From the NCBI GenBank assembly GCA_964576115.1, contig CAZNUA010000014.1, positions 1 through 64,000 of the forward strand: DNA of 64,000 nucleotides. Reading direction: 5' to 3'. The stretch comes from an uncultured Gemmatimonadota bacterium. GTDB lineage: Bacteria; Blakebacterota; Blakebacteria; Blakebacterales; Blakebacteraceae. The position numbers were made by a program, and so were the translations under genes. Shown here in pieces: positions 9,822 to 20,415 of this stretch. The notes under the pieces are model-generated. The model was not told the DNA's origin, made no database searches, and saw only the letters and a list, made by a program, of their open reading frames with translations. Numbering within the stretch: the stretch's first letter is position 1; the number at the start of each line of letters is the position of its first letter.

Positions 9822-12041
9822 CTATAGCCGCCAGAGATAGCTGGCCTTGAAGAAAATACCGCGGCTCATTTCCAGGAAACGGTCGGCGGCGATGTAGTTC
9901 CCCGCCAGGGCATCCCACTTCGTCTTCTCGTACAGCGAACCGTAGCCCAGGTGGATGACGGTGCCGGGGATCCAGGTGAAGGAGATCAGAAAATCGGTGG
10001 TAAGGCTGTCATAGAAGGAATTGTACTCCACGATCGCGCGCAGGAAGAGGTAGCGGTTGATCTGGTAGGTATTGAGGGTGCGCAGGATGGAATAGTCGTA
10101 TTCCTTGGCACCATCCGATTCCCGGTAGAGATCTTCATAGATCCAGGAATTGGTCGAGTTGAGATGCTCGGAGGGCTGGTAGATGAAGGCCACCGAGGCG
10201 GTAGTGCCCCGCCCCTGCCAGGGATCGATCTGAGAGTACCTGATTTTACCCCCATAGCGGTAGTAGACACTGCCGTAGAAGCCCCGGGTGAACTGCCGGT
10301 TGGCGTGTAAGCGCAGGTTGCTGGTATCGAAATCCTGCCCGGCAAAGATCTCGTTCGAGAGCACATACCCCACCTGCAGGTAGGTAGTGCGTGGCATCAT
10401 CAGGCGCAGGTCGAGGGCTCCCCCCCGCTCCCACATGTCGTCGTACTTGTCGTGAGTTCCGAAGAGATGAACCAGCCCGTCAATGCGCTGTATGGCTTCC
10501 GGAGCGGGTCGGAGCATCCGCAGCACCCCGAGCTGGAGCCGGGTGATCCCGGTCCGGGTCACGAAGCCGGCCTCGCTCTCGAAGTGCTTCGAAAGATCCT
10601 GGGCGATGGCGTTTACCAGCCAGTCACGCGTCGAGTAAGTGTAATCGAATCCAAGGGCGTGTCCCTCTCTGGTGGTATCCACGACCGCATCCTCGGTGCG
10701 CGAGTAGAAGCCGTAGAGGCCGACGGTGCTGGAAGGATCAAGCCGAATGAAGGCATCAGGTCCGGCCACGCCGTTGAAGCTGCCGTCGGTATCCCGCACC
10801 GTCGCGAAACCCCCAATGAAGCTGTCGCCTCCCAGAGCCTGCTTGGACCGGAAGATGGCAAAGTCGGCGGTCTCGCCGTACGGGTACGGGGCACTGCCGC
10901 CGTAGATGGGGAAGAGCTCGTCGCGGGCCACGATGGCGGCGATGGTGTTCCGGTCGCTGACCTTGCCGGTCAACTTCACCCCGTAGTCGGGATTGGCGAT
11001 GCTGCGGGTGTAGACCACCGAACCGAGCGGATCCCCCGTGTGGGCGCCGGCGTGATTAAAGTTCTCACGCCCTTCGAGGAAGAAGGGACGTTTTTCGGGG
11101 TAGTAGAGGGTAAAGCGCTGGTTGAAATCCACCTGACCGGCGTCGGCTTCGACCTGGCTGAAATCGGGATTCACGGTGGCATCGACAATCAGGCGGGAGG
11201 TAAGCCCGTATTTCAGGGTCAGGCTCACATCGGCGTCATCATCGAGCGAACCCAGCTCGGGACCGGTGGTGACGTTGCGTACCTGGCTACCCCCCCAGGT
11301 CACCGCCGGCAGGATCTCGACCAGAGTGTAGTGCCTGATGTCGTTATAGAGCAGGGTCCGGGTCTGGGTCAGGAAATTGGGACCGTGCCGGGGATCGAGC
11401 GGCGGGTAAGTGCCGGCTTCGGTCAGCCGGCTGATATGGCGCTCGAAGATGATCCCCATCTCGACCGGTTCGCGGTGCGAATAGCGGATACTCTTGAAGG
11501 GGATCCGGATCTCGACCGTGAAACCCTCGTCGTCGATCACCCCCTTCGAGTACCAGACCACATCCACGCTGAAATCCTCGGCGGTGGTGAAACGGCTGTC
11601 CATCTGGATACCGCGGGGATTGACGTAGAAAGCGTAGAGTGACTGGTGGTCGTTGAAGGTGTCGAGATTCAGGCAGATCCAGTCGTCAGGCCTGATCTGA
11701 TCGCGGGCCGAGATCGAGGACTTGATCTGATCGGGTTCGCCGTCGTAACAGCGGTACGCGAAGTACAGATTCTCCCAATCATAGGCGTACCAGACGATTG
11801 TATCGAAGGCCATGTCCTGGCCGTAGTCGGGATTGTAGGTCTGGAAACCGGTTTCGCTCGGAGCCCGCTGCCAGACCTCGTCATCGAGGATGCCGTCGAT
11901 CACCGGCGGGGTGTCGGTCCGGTACGGCTCGAAGGGTTCGGCGTAGTTCTGGCCGGCAGCCGGGGCCGGTGAAAGCGACAGAGCCAGCATCACGAACAAG
12001 GAGCAGATACAGATCGGGAAAGGCGCGGCGGTTCTCTTCAC
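9822..12041 (-). CDS. Outer-membrane protein, CBM9-like N-terminal domain + DUF5916-like barrel
   Basis: Signal peptide, PVIDGILDDEVW, TVNPDFSQVEAD, YPEKRPFFLEG, C-terminal FFKASYLWRL; GTG start. Confidence 0.8.
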   Translation of the reverse strand: MKRTAAPFPICICSLFVMLALSLSPAPAAGQNYAEPFEPYRTDTPPVIDGILDDEVWQRAPSETGFQTYNPDYGQDMAFDTIVWYAYDWENLYFAYRCYDGEPDQIKSSISARDQIRPDDWICLNLDTFNDHQSLYAFYVNPRGIQMDSRFTTAEDFSVDVVWYSKGVIDDEGFTVEIRIPFKSIRYSHREPVEMGIIFERHISRLTEAGTYPPLDPRHGPNFLTQTRTLLYNDIRHYTLVEILPAVTWGGSQVRNVTTGPELGSLDDDADVSLTLKYGLTSRLIVDATVNPDFSQVEADAGQVDFNQRFTLYYPEKRPFFLEGRENFNHAGAHTGDPLGSVVYTRSIANPDYGVKLTGKVSDRNTIAAIVARDELFPIYGGSAPYPYGETADFAIFRSKQALGGDSFIGGFATVRDTDGSFNGVAGPDAFIRLDPSSTVGLYGFYSRTEDAVVDTTREGHALGFDYTYSTRDWLVNAIAQDLSKHFESEAGFVTRTGITRLQLGVLRMLRPAPEAIQRIDGLVHLFGTHDKYDDMWERGGALDLRLMMPRTTYLQVGYVLSNEIFAGQDFDTSNLRLHANRQFTRGFYGSVYYRYGGKIRYSQIDPWQGRGTTASVAFIYQPSEHLNSTNSWIYEDLYRESDGAKEYDYSILRTLNTYQINRYLFLRAIVEYNSFYDSLTTDFLISFTWIPGTVIHLGYGSLYEKTKWDALAGNYIAADRFLEMSRGIFFKASYLWRL

Positions 12042-12144
12042 AGGGATTCCCTTTTCACCTGGGCGGAGTGAGCGATGTTGGATGCTACCTGATAAACGGA
12101 CTGCCGGCCGATGTTGTTTCCGCCGGTTGCCTGATCTCGGGGTA

Positions 12145-14742
12145 TCAGTATCGCCTGAGCAGAGCCTGAAAGCGGGGATTGTCGCGCACCGGATCGAAAC
12201 GGACGTCGAGTTCGAGCCAGGCGGGGGAGAACCAGGAGGGGATCCGCAGCAGGTGCTCGATCTCGTCCAGGGCCGTTTCGTGATCTCCGAGCTGGGTGTG
12301 GATGATGGCCATATCCTGCAGGTAGGAAAGACCGTAGAATCCGTCGGCGGACAGGGGCAGCAGATCGATCGCCTCCTGCCCGTACCGGATCGCTTCTTCC
12401 CGCTGCCCCAGGCCGGCCAGAGCGATGCCCAGCGAACTGCGGTAGCGGGGATCCCAGGGATAGCGTTCGACCAGAACGGTCAGTTCCGATCGGGCCTGCT
12501 CGAAGCCGAGCCGGGTCGAGTCGGGCTCATCGAGCAGACGGTAACACCAGGCCCGGAGCAGCGCTTCAGGACGGGCCCACATCTTGGTCCGGTTCAGCTC
12601 CCCGGGAGTCTGATCGAGCAGAGCGATCGCCTCGCGTAAGCGGCCATCGAAGATGTGCTGCCAGTATCTCGCCCAGTAGGCCCAGCTGCTTGTCTGTGAT
12701 TCCAGTGCCTCGACTGCGGCCCGGCCTTCCTCGGTCAGCCCCTTCCAGCTCCAGAGGGTGAAAACCTTACACAGGTACGGCCAGAGTTGATCGGGTGCCA
12801 GCAGGATGGCCCGATTGTAGTTCTCCCGGGCCTCGGAGTACCGACGCAATGTCCACAGGAGGTTGGACTGGTTGGTATAGAGGGTGGCGTACTGGGGATC
12901 GAGCTCTTTGGCCAGTTCATTGGCAGCGACCGCTTCCTCGAAACGGCCCTGGGCGAAATAGACCTCACGCAGGGCGACCGGGATGCGGGCATCCCCCGGC
13001 ATCTGCGGGGCGGCGGTGGTGATCAGTTCCAACGCCCGTTCGGTATCCCGGAAGGCATAGAGATGATAGAGGCCGAGATCCATGCGGATCTCGGGGGAAT
13101 TGGGAGCCAGGGAAACAGCGCATTCGGCCGCCTCCCGGGCCAGTTCCCGCTGCTCGGGCGAGGCATCGGTCCAGAGGTAGACCCGCCGGGAGTAGACGAC
13201 CGCCAGTTCGGCCCAGGCCTGGGCGAAACCGGGATCGAGTTCTACCGCCTGCTGCAGGGCGGCCATACCGCGGTTCCAGTCCTCGGATGTGTAGTGCGGC
13301 AGGTTCATGTAGTAGCGACCGCGCATGAAGGCCTGGTAGGCCTCGAGGTTCTCTGTCGGCTGCTCCTGCACCAGGCTGCGTTCCGCTGGGTGCAGCTCGA
13401 TATCGAGAGCGGCCGCGATCTGTTCGGCCACCTGGCTCTGGATCGTGAAGATCCCGGTCACGTCGGCGGTGCAGGGCTCGGACCAGATCTCGGCCCGATC
13501 CGACACCCGGATGAGGTGGGGGGTGATCCGCACCCGGTCGCCATCGGCGGCCCTCTCCCAGCGGGTTGTGCCGGTCAGCAGGTAATCGGCCGCCAGCTCG
13601 CGGGCGATCCGGGCATGATCCTTCTCGGTCTGGTCGTATCCCATGACCGATTCCCGGCCGATCGGCACCAGGCCCTGCAAATGGGAGAGGTGCGAGATCA
13701 GCTCGTCGGTCAGGCCGGCGGCGAAGTAGTCGTGCTCGGCATCGCCCAGGTTTTCGAAGGGCAGGACCGCCACCCGGGGCACTTCCGGGACGCGCGGGCT
13801 GAGCAGGATCAGACCGGCGGCGACCAGCGCGACGAGGAGCGTCCCCGCCAGCGCGATCATACGCGTGCGCCGGGCCCCGGCGGCGCGGCCGGCGGCAGTG
13901 CCGCGGGCCAGAACCGTGGTCGTCCCCGGTTCGGGACGCAGGGCCTCGAGATCGACCAGCAGGTCCTCGACGTGCTGGTACCGCTTGCCCGGCTCTTTGT
14001 GCAGAGCCTTGGCCAGAAGCCGGTCGAGGTCGATCGGTAACCCGCTCCGGCGGGCGGTGGGCGGTTCGGGATCGTCGTTGAGAATGGCGTAGACGATTCC
14101 CTGCTCGTGGTCGCTTTCAAAGGGCGGCCGGCCCGTGATCATTTCATAGACCAGCGCTCCCAGGGCCCAGATGTCGGCCCGGTGATCGACCTGTTCGCCC
14201 CGGACCTGTTCGGGGCTCATGTAGGCCACCGTCCCCATCGAGGTGCCGGTGCGGGTCAGGGCCGAGTCGCCGGCCATCCGGGCCAGACCGAAATCGACGA
14301 TCTTCACCAGCCCCTCGTCGGTGACAATGGCGTTGGCCGGCTTGATGTCGCGGTGGACGATCCCCTCGCGGTGGGCCCGGGCCAGTCCCTGCCCGATCCC
14401 GGCCGCGATATCGATCGCCTCGCCCAGCGGCAGGGGACCCCGGGCGATCTTCTCGCGCACCGTTTCCCCCTCGCAGTAGGCCATGGCCAGCCAGGTCCGG
14501 CCGTCGTCGGTTTCGCCGATCTCGTGGAGGGTGCAGATATTGGGATGATCCAGAGCCGAGGCGGCCCGGGCCTCGCGCAGCAGGCGGATTCGGCTTTCGG
14601 GGTCGTCGGCCATCTCGCGCGGCAGGAACTTCAGGGCCACCCGACGCCCCAGGCGGGTATCCTCGGCCAGCCACACCTCCCCCATCCCGCCGGCGCCGAT
14701 CTTCTCCTGTATCCGGAAGGAACCGATCTGCTCGCCGATCAT
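12145..14742 (-). CDS. Hanks-type Ser/Thr protein kinase with TM segment, TolB-N-like domain and TPR repeats
   Basis: GAGGMGEV, VALK, HRDIKPAN, DFG, YMSPE; TM helix; VAVLPFENL; helical TPR-like C-terminus ending DPVRDNPRFQALL. Confidence 0.93.
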   Translation of the reverse strand: MIGEQIGSFRIQEKIGAGGMGEVWLAEDTRLGRRVALKFLPREMADDPESRIRLLREARAASALDHPNICTLHEIGETDDGRTWLAMAYCEGETVREKIARGPLPLGEAIDIAAGIGQGLARAHREGIVHRDIKPANAIVTDEGLVKIVDFGLARMAGDSALTRTGTSMGTVAYMSPEQVRGEQVDHRADIWALGALVYEMITGRPPFESDHEQGIVYAILNDDPEPPTARRSGLPIDLDRLLAKALHKEPGKRYQHVEDLLVDLEALRPEPGTTTVLARGTAAGRAAGARRTRMIALAGTLLVALVAAGLILLSPRVPEVPRVAVLPFENLGDAEHDYFAAGLTDELISHLSHLQGLVPIGRESVMGYDQTEKDHARIARELAADYLLTGTTRWERAADGDRVRITPHLIRVSDRAEIWSEPCTADVTGIFTIQSQVAEQIAAALDIELHPAERSLVQEQPTENLEAYQAFMRGRYYMNLPHYTSEDWNRGMAALQQAVELDPGFAQAWAELAVVYSRRVYLWTDASPEQRELAREAAECAVSLAPNSPEIRMDLGLYHLYAFRDTERALELITTAAPQMPGDARIPVALREVYFAQGRFEEAVAANELAKELDPQYATLYTNQSNLLWTLRRYSEARENYNRAILLAPDQLWPYLCKVFTLWSWKGLTEEGRAAVEALESQTSSWAYWARYWQHIFDGRLREAIALLDQTPGELNRTKMWARPEALLRAWCYRLLDEPDSTRLGFEQARSELTVLVERYPWDPRYRSSLGIALAGLGQREEAIRYGQEAIDLLPLSADGFYGLSYLQDMAIIHTQLGDHETALDEIEHLLRIPSWFSPAWLELDVRFDPVRDNPRFQALLRRY

Positions 14743-14757
14743 AATGACCCGATTGTA

Positions 14758-15840
14758 CTACTCCCCGGCACCCCCGGGAAAGGCTCCCCTCCGGTGGTCC
14801 TCTTTCCAGACCGGATCGCGGAGGATGAGAGCGGCGATGGCGACCAGGAAGAGCAGGCCGAAGATCCCCAGACCGAAGGCAATGACGGGATTATCGGGAC
14901 GCACCACATACGTCCGGACGAATCCATACAGGCTGTTGACCACCCCGTGCAGGAAGACCGCCGACCAGATGCTCTGCGTCTTGAGCACGGCATAGCTCAG
15001 GATCAGGCCGAAGAGGATGAAGAAGACCAGCCCGAGCGCGATCCCGCCCGCCGAAGCCGGATACGTGTGAATACCCGAGAGGATGATCGGGATGTGCCAG
15101 AGCCCCCAGATGAAGCCGGTCAGCAGGGCGCCGGGGATCCGGCCCAGCCGCATCAGTTCGTTCTGCACGAATCCACGCCAGGCATACTCCTCGCCGAAAG
15201 TTACCGCCAGCTGGGCCAGGGGCACGCCGATCAGGGCGATCAGAAAGTAGATCAGCAGTCCCGGGTAGTAGAGTGCGGGCGGAATGGCGAGACCGGCGAT
15301 GCGATCGAGCCGCCCGACGAAGGGGCCCGTTGCGCAGAGCAGATCGAGAGCGGCCTGAACGACGAAGAAGGCGGCCGTGGCCAGGATGAAGGTCACCGTC
15401 GTACCGGCCTCGCCCAGTCCGAGTCCGGCCCGGGTGAACCGCTCGGAGCCGACCTGGGGGTAGATGAAGAGCAGGAGCAGGGTCCAGAGGGTGATGAGCA
15501 GCGAGCCCAGACCGCCGAGCAGGTCGGCCCGCACATCGGTGAACAGGAGCAGGGCGGTCGGTACGGCGTAGAGAGCGGTCAGGGCCAGAAAAGCGAACAG
15601 AATCAGACGGGGCGTGTCCTGATATGAACTCCGGTGGAGTGGATCGTCACTCAGCAGGAAGAGGCGGAAGACGATGACCACCGCGGCCGGCAGCAGCATC
15701 CCGAGCGGCGCCATCCCGCTTTCGAGCAGACCCTGCTGACCGATGGTGGAGTTCACGAGCAGATCGAAACCCCAGGTCAGGCCGAAAACGACAAGCAGGA
15801 ACAGGGCGGTACGCTGCAGGCGGACAGGCACGGTTGACAC
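14758..15840 (-). CDS. CPBP (CAAX/Abi) family intramembrane metalloprotease
   Basis: EEYAWRG, GLWH and HGVVN motifs; multiple TM helices; GTG at 15840 with GGAGGAG upstream. Confidence 0.88.
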   Translation of the reverse strand: MSTVPVRLQRTALFLLVVFGLTWGFDLLVNSTIGQQGLLESGMAPLGMLLPAAVVIVFRLFLLSDDPLHRSSYQDTPRLILFAFLALTALYAVPTALLLFTDVRADLLGGLGSLLITLWTLLLLFIYPQVGSERFTRAGLGLGEAGTTVTFILATAAFFVVQAALDLLCATGPFVGRLDRIAGLAIPPALYYPGLLIYFLIALIGVPLAQLAVTFGEEYAWRGFVQNELMRLGRIPGALLTGFIWGLWHIPIILSGIHTYPASAGGIALGLVFFILFGLILSYAVLKTQSIWSAVFLHGVVNSLYGFVRTYVVRPDNPVIAFGLGIFGLLFLVAIAALILRDPVWKEDHRRGAFPGGAGE

Positions 15841-16035
15841 CGCACGGCTCCTCCGAAACGGGTTCTGCACACGGGGGCGGGCAATTGTGATACTGTAGAT
15901 ACGCTTTCTATGTTGCGGGGGCAACCGCCCCTGCGACTCGTTTTTTTCGTTCCGGACAACCGGGACGATTCCTCTGCCCACCGGCCGCATTCCTGCGTAT
16001 CACTTCCTGACAGGATACCTGCGATCGGAGAAACC

Positions 16036-17496
16036 ATGAAGCTGCTTACAGTACTCGGCCCTACTCTGGCCCTCCTCGTCGTTGCCGGTTTTGTCACCGC
16101 CCGTATTGCGGCTCACGATCAGGACCGGATCGTCTATGACGCCTGGGTGGAGTTCACCGACAAAGGGATCGAATCCGACGAGCAGCGCCGACAGCTGTTA
16201 CGCGAACTCGAACGGGAATTCGACCCTCGGTCTCTGGAGCGACGCCGGGCCAGACGCACCCTGCCGGGTCTGTTCGACGAACACGACCTGCCGGTTGTTC
16301 CCGCCTACCTCGAGGCCGTGGCCGCCACCGGGGCCGAACTGATGGCCGTCAGCCGCTGGCTCAACGGAGTCGCCGTCCGGGCCACCGCCGACGAAATCGA
16401 GCAGATCGAAGCCCTGCCCGGCGTCAGAGCCGTTCATGACGCCCACGTCCCCGATCCCGAAGGCCCCTTCTCCGACCGCCGGGAAGCGGACCATCAGATC
16501 GACCGCAGCCGGCTGGCGGGATCAGCCGGTTATTACGGCCGTTCCTCGTCCCAGCTGAGCCAGCTTGGTCTGGATCGTCTCCACCGGGCGGGATTCACCG
16601 GACAGGGAGTGATCATCGGGGTGATCGACACCGGTTTCGAGATCGAGCACGAGGTCTTCACCCATCCCGATCACCCGCTCCGCGTACGAGCACAGTGGGA
16701 TTTCATCTTCAACGACGGCGTCACCTCTTCGGAGCCGGGTGATCCCCCCTTCCACAACCTGCACGGGACCTACGTTCTGGGTACCATGGCCGCCTGTCTG
16801 CCGGGGGAACTGGTGGGGAGCGCACCCGAAGCCGAATACATCCTCTGCCGGGCCGAGTACTCGGCCGAGGAGTTCAGTCTCGAAGAGCGCTGGTTCGTGG
16901 CCGCCCTCGAATTCGCCGAAGCCCACGGCGCCGACCTGATTACCAGCTCATGTGTTCTCTATACCGGTTACGAACAGGATCAGCTGGACGGGAAAACCTC
17001 GATCATGGCCCGGGGGTGGACCCTGGCGGTCGGCAACGGCGTCATCGGACTGCAGGGCGCCGGTAACTGGGGCCATGACGACGATCCCGCAACCTCGACC
17101 CTGATGCCGCCCGCCGATGCCTTCGGGGTGATCGCCTGCGGGGCGGTGGACACGACCGGTGCGGCGGCTCCCTTCAGTTCCGACGGTCCGACCGCGGACG
17201 GCCGGTCGAAACCGGATGTGCTGGCCTGCGGAGACTTCGTCTGGACCGTTTCCCTGGGCGCCGCCGACGGCTATGTCACAGCTGCCGGAACCTCGATGGC
17301 CACTCCGATCATGGCCGGCGGTCTGGCATGTCTGCTGCAGGCGAATCCCGACTGGACCGTCGCCGAACTCAAGGACGCTCTTTTCCAGACCGGCGACTAT
17401 TACCGCGAGCACGGTCGGACCGATCCGCTCTTTGTCCGCGGTTACGGGATTCCCGACCTGTATCTCGCGGCCGGTCTGGACCGTGAGCGCCGATAG
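16036..17496 (+). CDS. Secreted S8 (subtilisin-like) serine protease
   Basis: Signal peptide, propeptide SRWLNGV, triad IDTG / HGT / GTSMATP. Confidence 0.92.
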   Translation: MKLLTVLGPTLALLVVAGFVTARIAAHDQDRIVYDAWVEFTDKGIESDEQRRQLLRELEREFDPRSLERRRARRTLPGLFDEHDLPVVPAYLEAVAATGAELMAVSRWLNGVAVRATADEIEQIEALPGVRAVHDAHVPDPEGPFSDRREADHQIDRSRLAGSAGYYGRSSSQLSQLGLDRLHRAGFTGQGVIIGVIDTGFEIEHEVFTHPDHPLRVRAQWDFIFNDGVTSSEPGDPPFHNLHGTYVLGTMAACLPGELVGSAPEAEYILCRAEYSAEEFSLEERWFVAALEFAEAHGADLITSSCVLYTGYEQDQLDGKTSIMARGWTLAVGNGVIGLQGAGNWGHDDDPATSTLMPPADAFGVIACGAVDTTGAAAPFSSDGPTADGRSKPDVLACGDFVWTVSLGAADGYVTAAGTSMATPIMAGGLACLLQANPDWTVAELKDALFQTGDYYREHGRTDPLFVRGYGIPDLYLAAGLDRERR

Positions 17497-17511
17497 CGGG
17501 GAGCGCCCGCC

Positions 17512-19191
17512 TCAGGTCCAGCTGCGCCCCCCCTTGCGGGTGCCGCACAGGCTGACCCGGATCCCCAGGGCTTCGGCCATGGCGGCCCGGGTCAGCAGAG
17601 CCCGGTCGGCCGCCGCGGCATCGGAGGCGTACACACACTGCACGTGATTGGCCTTGTGCCGGGCCATCATCTGATCGCGGGTCACCCCGTAGAGCACGGC
17701 GTGCATGATCGGCCACTGCGGAGTGGTCGACTGCCACCGCCGTTCGGTTTCCTTTGCCGGCAGGTCGATCGCCCTGCCCCGCCCGATATCCATATGCAGC
17801 CGGTCCCGCTCGACGAAGATGCGCGACCAGATGATCTCGCCGGGTTTGCTCACCCCCTTGATGGTGCTCCCCCCCAGCCGGAAGTACATCGGAGGCTGGC
17901 GCTCTCCCGTCGCACCGGCCCAGCCGTCGGCGAAGTGGGCCGGCGGAACCGCCCCGCTGATCTCGAAGACCCAGACATACTCGTCGGTCGTGCCCGAGGC
18001 GTCATGGTCGGCCCAGCGCACGTCGTGCAGGGTGTTCTCGACCGGTTGGCCCAGAGCGGTGTGCACCCGGTTGATCAGCAGGGCGTCGAGCCCGGCGCAC
18101 TCGTCCACCTCGTTGAAATGGGGCAGCGGCCGGTCCTTGTAAAGGATGCGGCCGCGGGCGTCCTCGACCGGAGGACGGTCGGAGTTGTTGAGCATTCCCT
18201 CGACGAGGTCGGAAGCCGGCAGGGTGTCCTTGAGACCCTGCTGGTACTGAATCCCTATCAGATCGCAGCCGAACTCATGAGCGATCCGCACCGCTGCCAC
18301 GTACATCCGGCACTGCTCGAGTACCTGATCCCTGGTGAGATCGGTCTCCGGGTTTTTACCGAATCGGAACTTCATCCCGGCCCGCCGCAGCCAGCGATAG
18401 ACCTCTTCGGCCTCCTTCTTCGTCACCTGCGAGGCGGCAAAAACCAGGGCCGACTGGCTGAGCCGTTCCTTGAACACCCCGGTCACATTGAGCAGGTGGT
18501 CGGGGATGATGGCGTTGAACATGCCCATGCAGCCCTCGTCGAAGACCCCCATGATGGCCTTCCCTCGCTGCAGGTCGGCGGCCAGATTACCCCCCAGGCG
18601 TCGGGCTCTCGCCGGCACCTCGATCTGCCGCAGGGGGGTGACATGATCGGCGCGATGGAGCACCCGCCCCCGTTCGAGCCAGCGCTGCAGCTTGTTGCGG
18701 AAGGCCGGGGCGGCGAAATCCTCGGCCCAGAGGGTGGAGTATTTCACCCCGGCCTTGGAGAGCGAACCGTTGAGGTTGAGCATTCCCACCAGTCCGGGCC
18801 ACTGTCCCGACCAGTTGGCTACGGTCAGGATCGGACCCCGGTGGGTCGTCAGACCGGGCAGAACGTGGTGGGAATACTGCCAGACCGCCTCGGCCACGAT
18901 CAGCGGCGCCTCGGGATCGAGACCGCGGAAGACTTCCATGCCTTCGTGCTGCGAACCGATGAAGCCGTGCCGGCGCGAGCGGCGGTAGGGATGGGCCCGG
19001 ACGATCTCGTACCCGAGTTCGGCCGCCGCCTTCGTGAGCTCGCGCTCCATATCCCTCTGGGCCGGCCAGCAGACCCGGTTGGCCGATTCGCGCAGATCGC
19101 CGCTGGCCACGAGCAGGACCTGCTTGTTTTTCGTCGAGGTCGGCTTACCGGTAGCCTTCGATTTCCGTATCGACGTCCTCTTCTTCGGCAT
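17512..19191 (-). CDS. L-fucose/L-arabinose isomerase-family protein
   Basis: [34 protein letters not shown] motifs typical of FucI-like proteins; last gene of the sugar ABC operon. Confidence 0.75.
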   Translation of the reverse strand: MPKKRTSIRKSKATGKPTSTKNKQVLLVASGDLRESANRVCWPAQRDMERELTKAAAELGYEIVRAHPYRRSRRHGFIGSQHEGMEVFRGLDPEAPLIVAEAVWQYSHHVLPGLTTHRGPILTVANWSGQWPGLVGMLNLNGSLSKAGVKYSTLWAEDFAAPAFRNKLQRWLERGRVLHRADHVTPLRQIEVPARARRLGGNLAADLQRGKAIMGVFDEGCMGMFNAIIPDHLLNVTGVFKERLSQSALVFAASQVTKKEAEEVYRWLRRAGMKFRFGKNPETDLTRDQVLEQCRMYVAAVRIAHEFGCDLIGIQYQQGLKDTLPASDLVEGMLNNSDRPPVEDARGRILYKDRPLPHFNEVDECAGLDALLINRVHTALGQPVENTLHDVRWADHDASGTTDEYVWVFEISGAVPPAHFADGWAGATGERQPPMYFRLGGSTIKGVSKPGEIIWSRIFVERDRLHMDIGRGRAIDLPAKETERRWQSTTPQWPIMHAVLYGVTRDQMMARHKANHVQCVYASDAAAADRALLTRAAMAEALGIRVSLCGTRKGGRSWT

Positions 19192-19203
19192 GATCGACTC
19201 CCG

Positions 19204-20415
19204 TCATCCGGTTGAGGTGTCCGGTACCTTTTCAGTATCACCCTCCGGCTCCGATCCGGCAACCGGCCGGTCGGCCCGGCGGTGCCGGAACTGGTCGAGA
19301 GCCACCGCCGCGATGATGATCGCGCCGGTGACGATTTCCTGGACCCAGTTCTCGAGCCCGAGCCGGGTACAGCCGTTGTCCACCACGGTCATGATCAGGG
19401 CCCCCACCAGCGTGCCCCGGATCGACCCCTCTCCCCCCGAGAGACTGGCCCCGCCGATCACCACCGCCGCGATGACCCGCAGTTCGTAGCCCTCGGCCGT
19501 GGTGGGATCGCCCATCGAGAGATAGGCGAACTGCAGCAGGGCGGCCACGCCGGCGCAGCCGATCCCGAGGATATAGACCAGCATTTTGGTCCGGTCGATC
19601 CGCACTCCGCAGAGCCGGGCCGTGAGTTCGTTCGAGCCGATGGCGTAGATGTGCCGGCCCAGCCGGGTGTACCGCAGCAGGCCCGCCATCAGGAGGGCCA
19701 GCAGGAGCAGGATCCAGACCCCCGGGGCCACGATCGCCCCGAGCCCCCCGGTGGTGTTGGTCATCAGGTCGGTCAGCCAGGCGGCCGAGTCGGGATAGAC
19801 CGGCTGGTTGTTGCCCAATCCCTTGGCCAGCCCGCGCAGTCCCCCCCACATGCCCAGGGTCACGATAAAGGGTGCGATCGGCACCCGCCCGATCAGGGTT
19901 TCGTTCAGGGTCAGGACAGCCGCGGTTCCCGCCGCTCCGGCGAGCAGGGCCGGTATGAGGCCGAGCGGCCCGGTCGTCCAGAGCACGATCAGTCCGCCGA
20001 CCGTCAGGGCCGCCACCCGCCCCACGTGCCCGACGACCATCGCCCCGACCGCCGCACCGCAGAGCATGCCGGCCGCCACGCCCCCGACCGCAGCCGACAG
20101 GGGTGGGATCCCGGCCTTGAGGAGCAGGGCGATGACGACCGTTCCCAGGGCGATGGTCGAACCGACCGAAAGATCGATCCCCCCGGCGATGATGATGAGG
20201 GTGGCGCCGAGAGCCGCCGTACCGACCACCGCCGTCTGCAGCAGCATCAGACGCTGGTTATCCCAGCGCATGAAATCGGCCCCCATCAGCACCGCGAACA
20301 GGCCCCAGACGAAGATCAGCCCGATCAGGGGGCCGAGCTGCCCGAGCAGCCGGCTCCCGACCTCCCTGGCCCGCTCCGCCCCCGCCCCGTTCGTCAGTTC
20401 CTTCACCCGGTTCAT
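19204..20415 (-). CDS. Monosaccharide ABC transporter permease (RbsC-like)
   Basis: GGIDLSVGS, PFIVTLG, GRHIYAIGSN, IAAVVIGGASLSGGEGS. Confidence 0.93.
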   Translation of the reverse strand: MNRVKELTNGAGAERAREVGSRLLGQLGPLIGLIFVWGLFAVLMGADFMRWDNQRLMLLQTAVVGTAALGATLIIIAGGIDLSVGSTIALGTVVIALLLKAGIPPLSAAVGGVAAGMLCGAAVGAMVVGHVGRVAALTVGGLIVLWTTGPLGLIPALLAGAAGTAAVLTLNETLIGRVPIAPFIVTLGMWGGLRGLAKGLGNNQPVYPDSAAWLTDLMTNTTGGLGAIVAPGVWILLLLALLMAGLLRYTRLGRHIYAIGSNELTARLCGVRIDRTKMLVYILGIGCAGVAALLQFAYLSMGDPTTAEGYELRVIAAVVIGGASLSGGEGSIRGTLVGALIMTVVDNGCTRLGLENWVQEIVTGAIIIAAVALDQFRHRRADRPVAGSEPEGDTEKVPDTSTG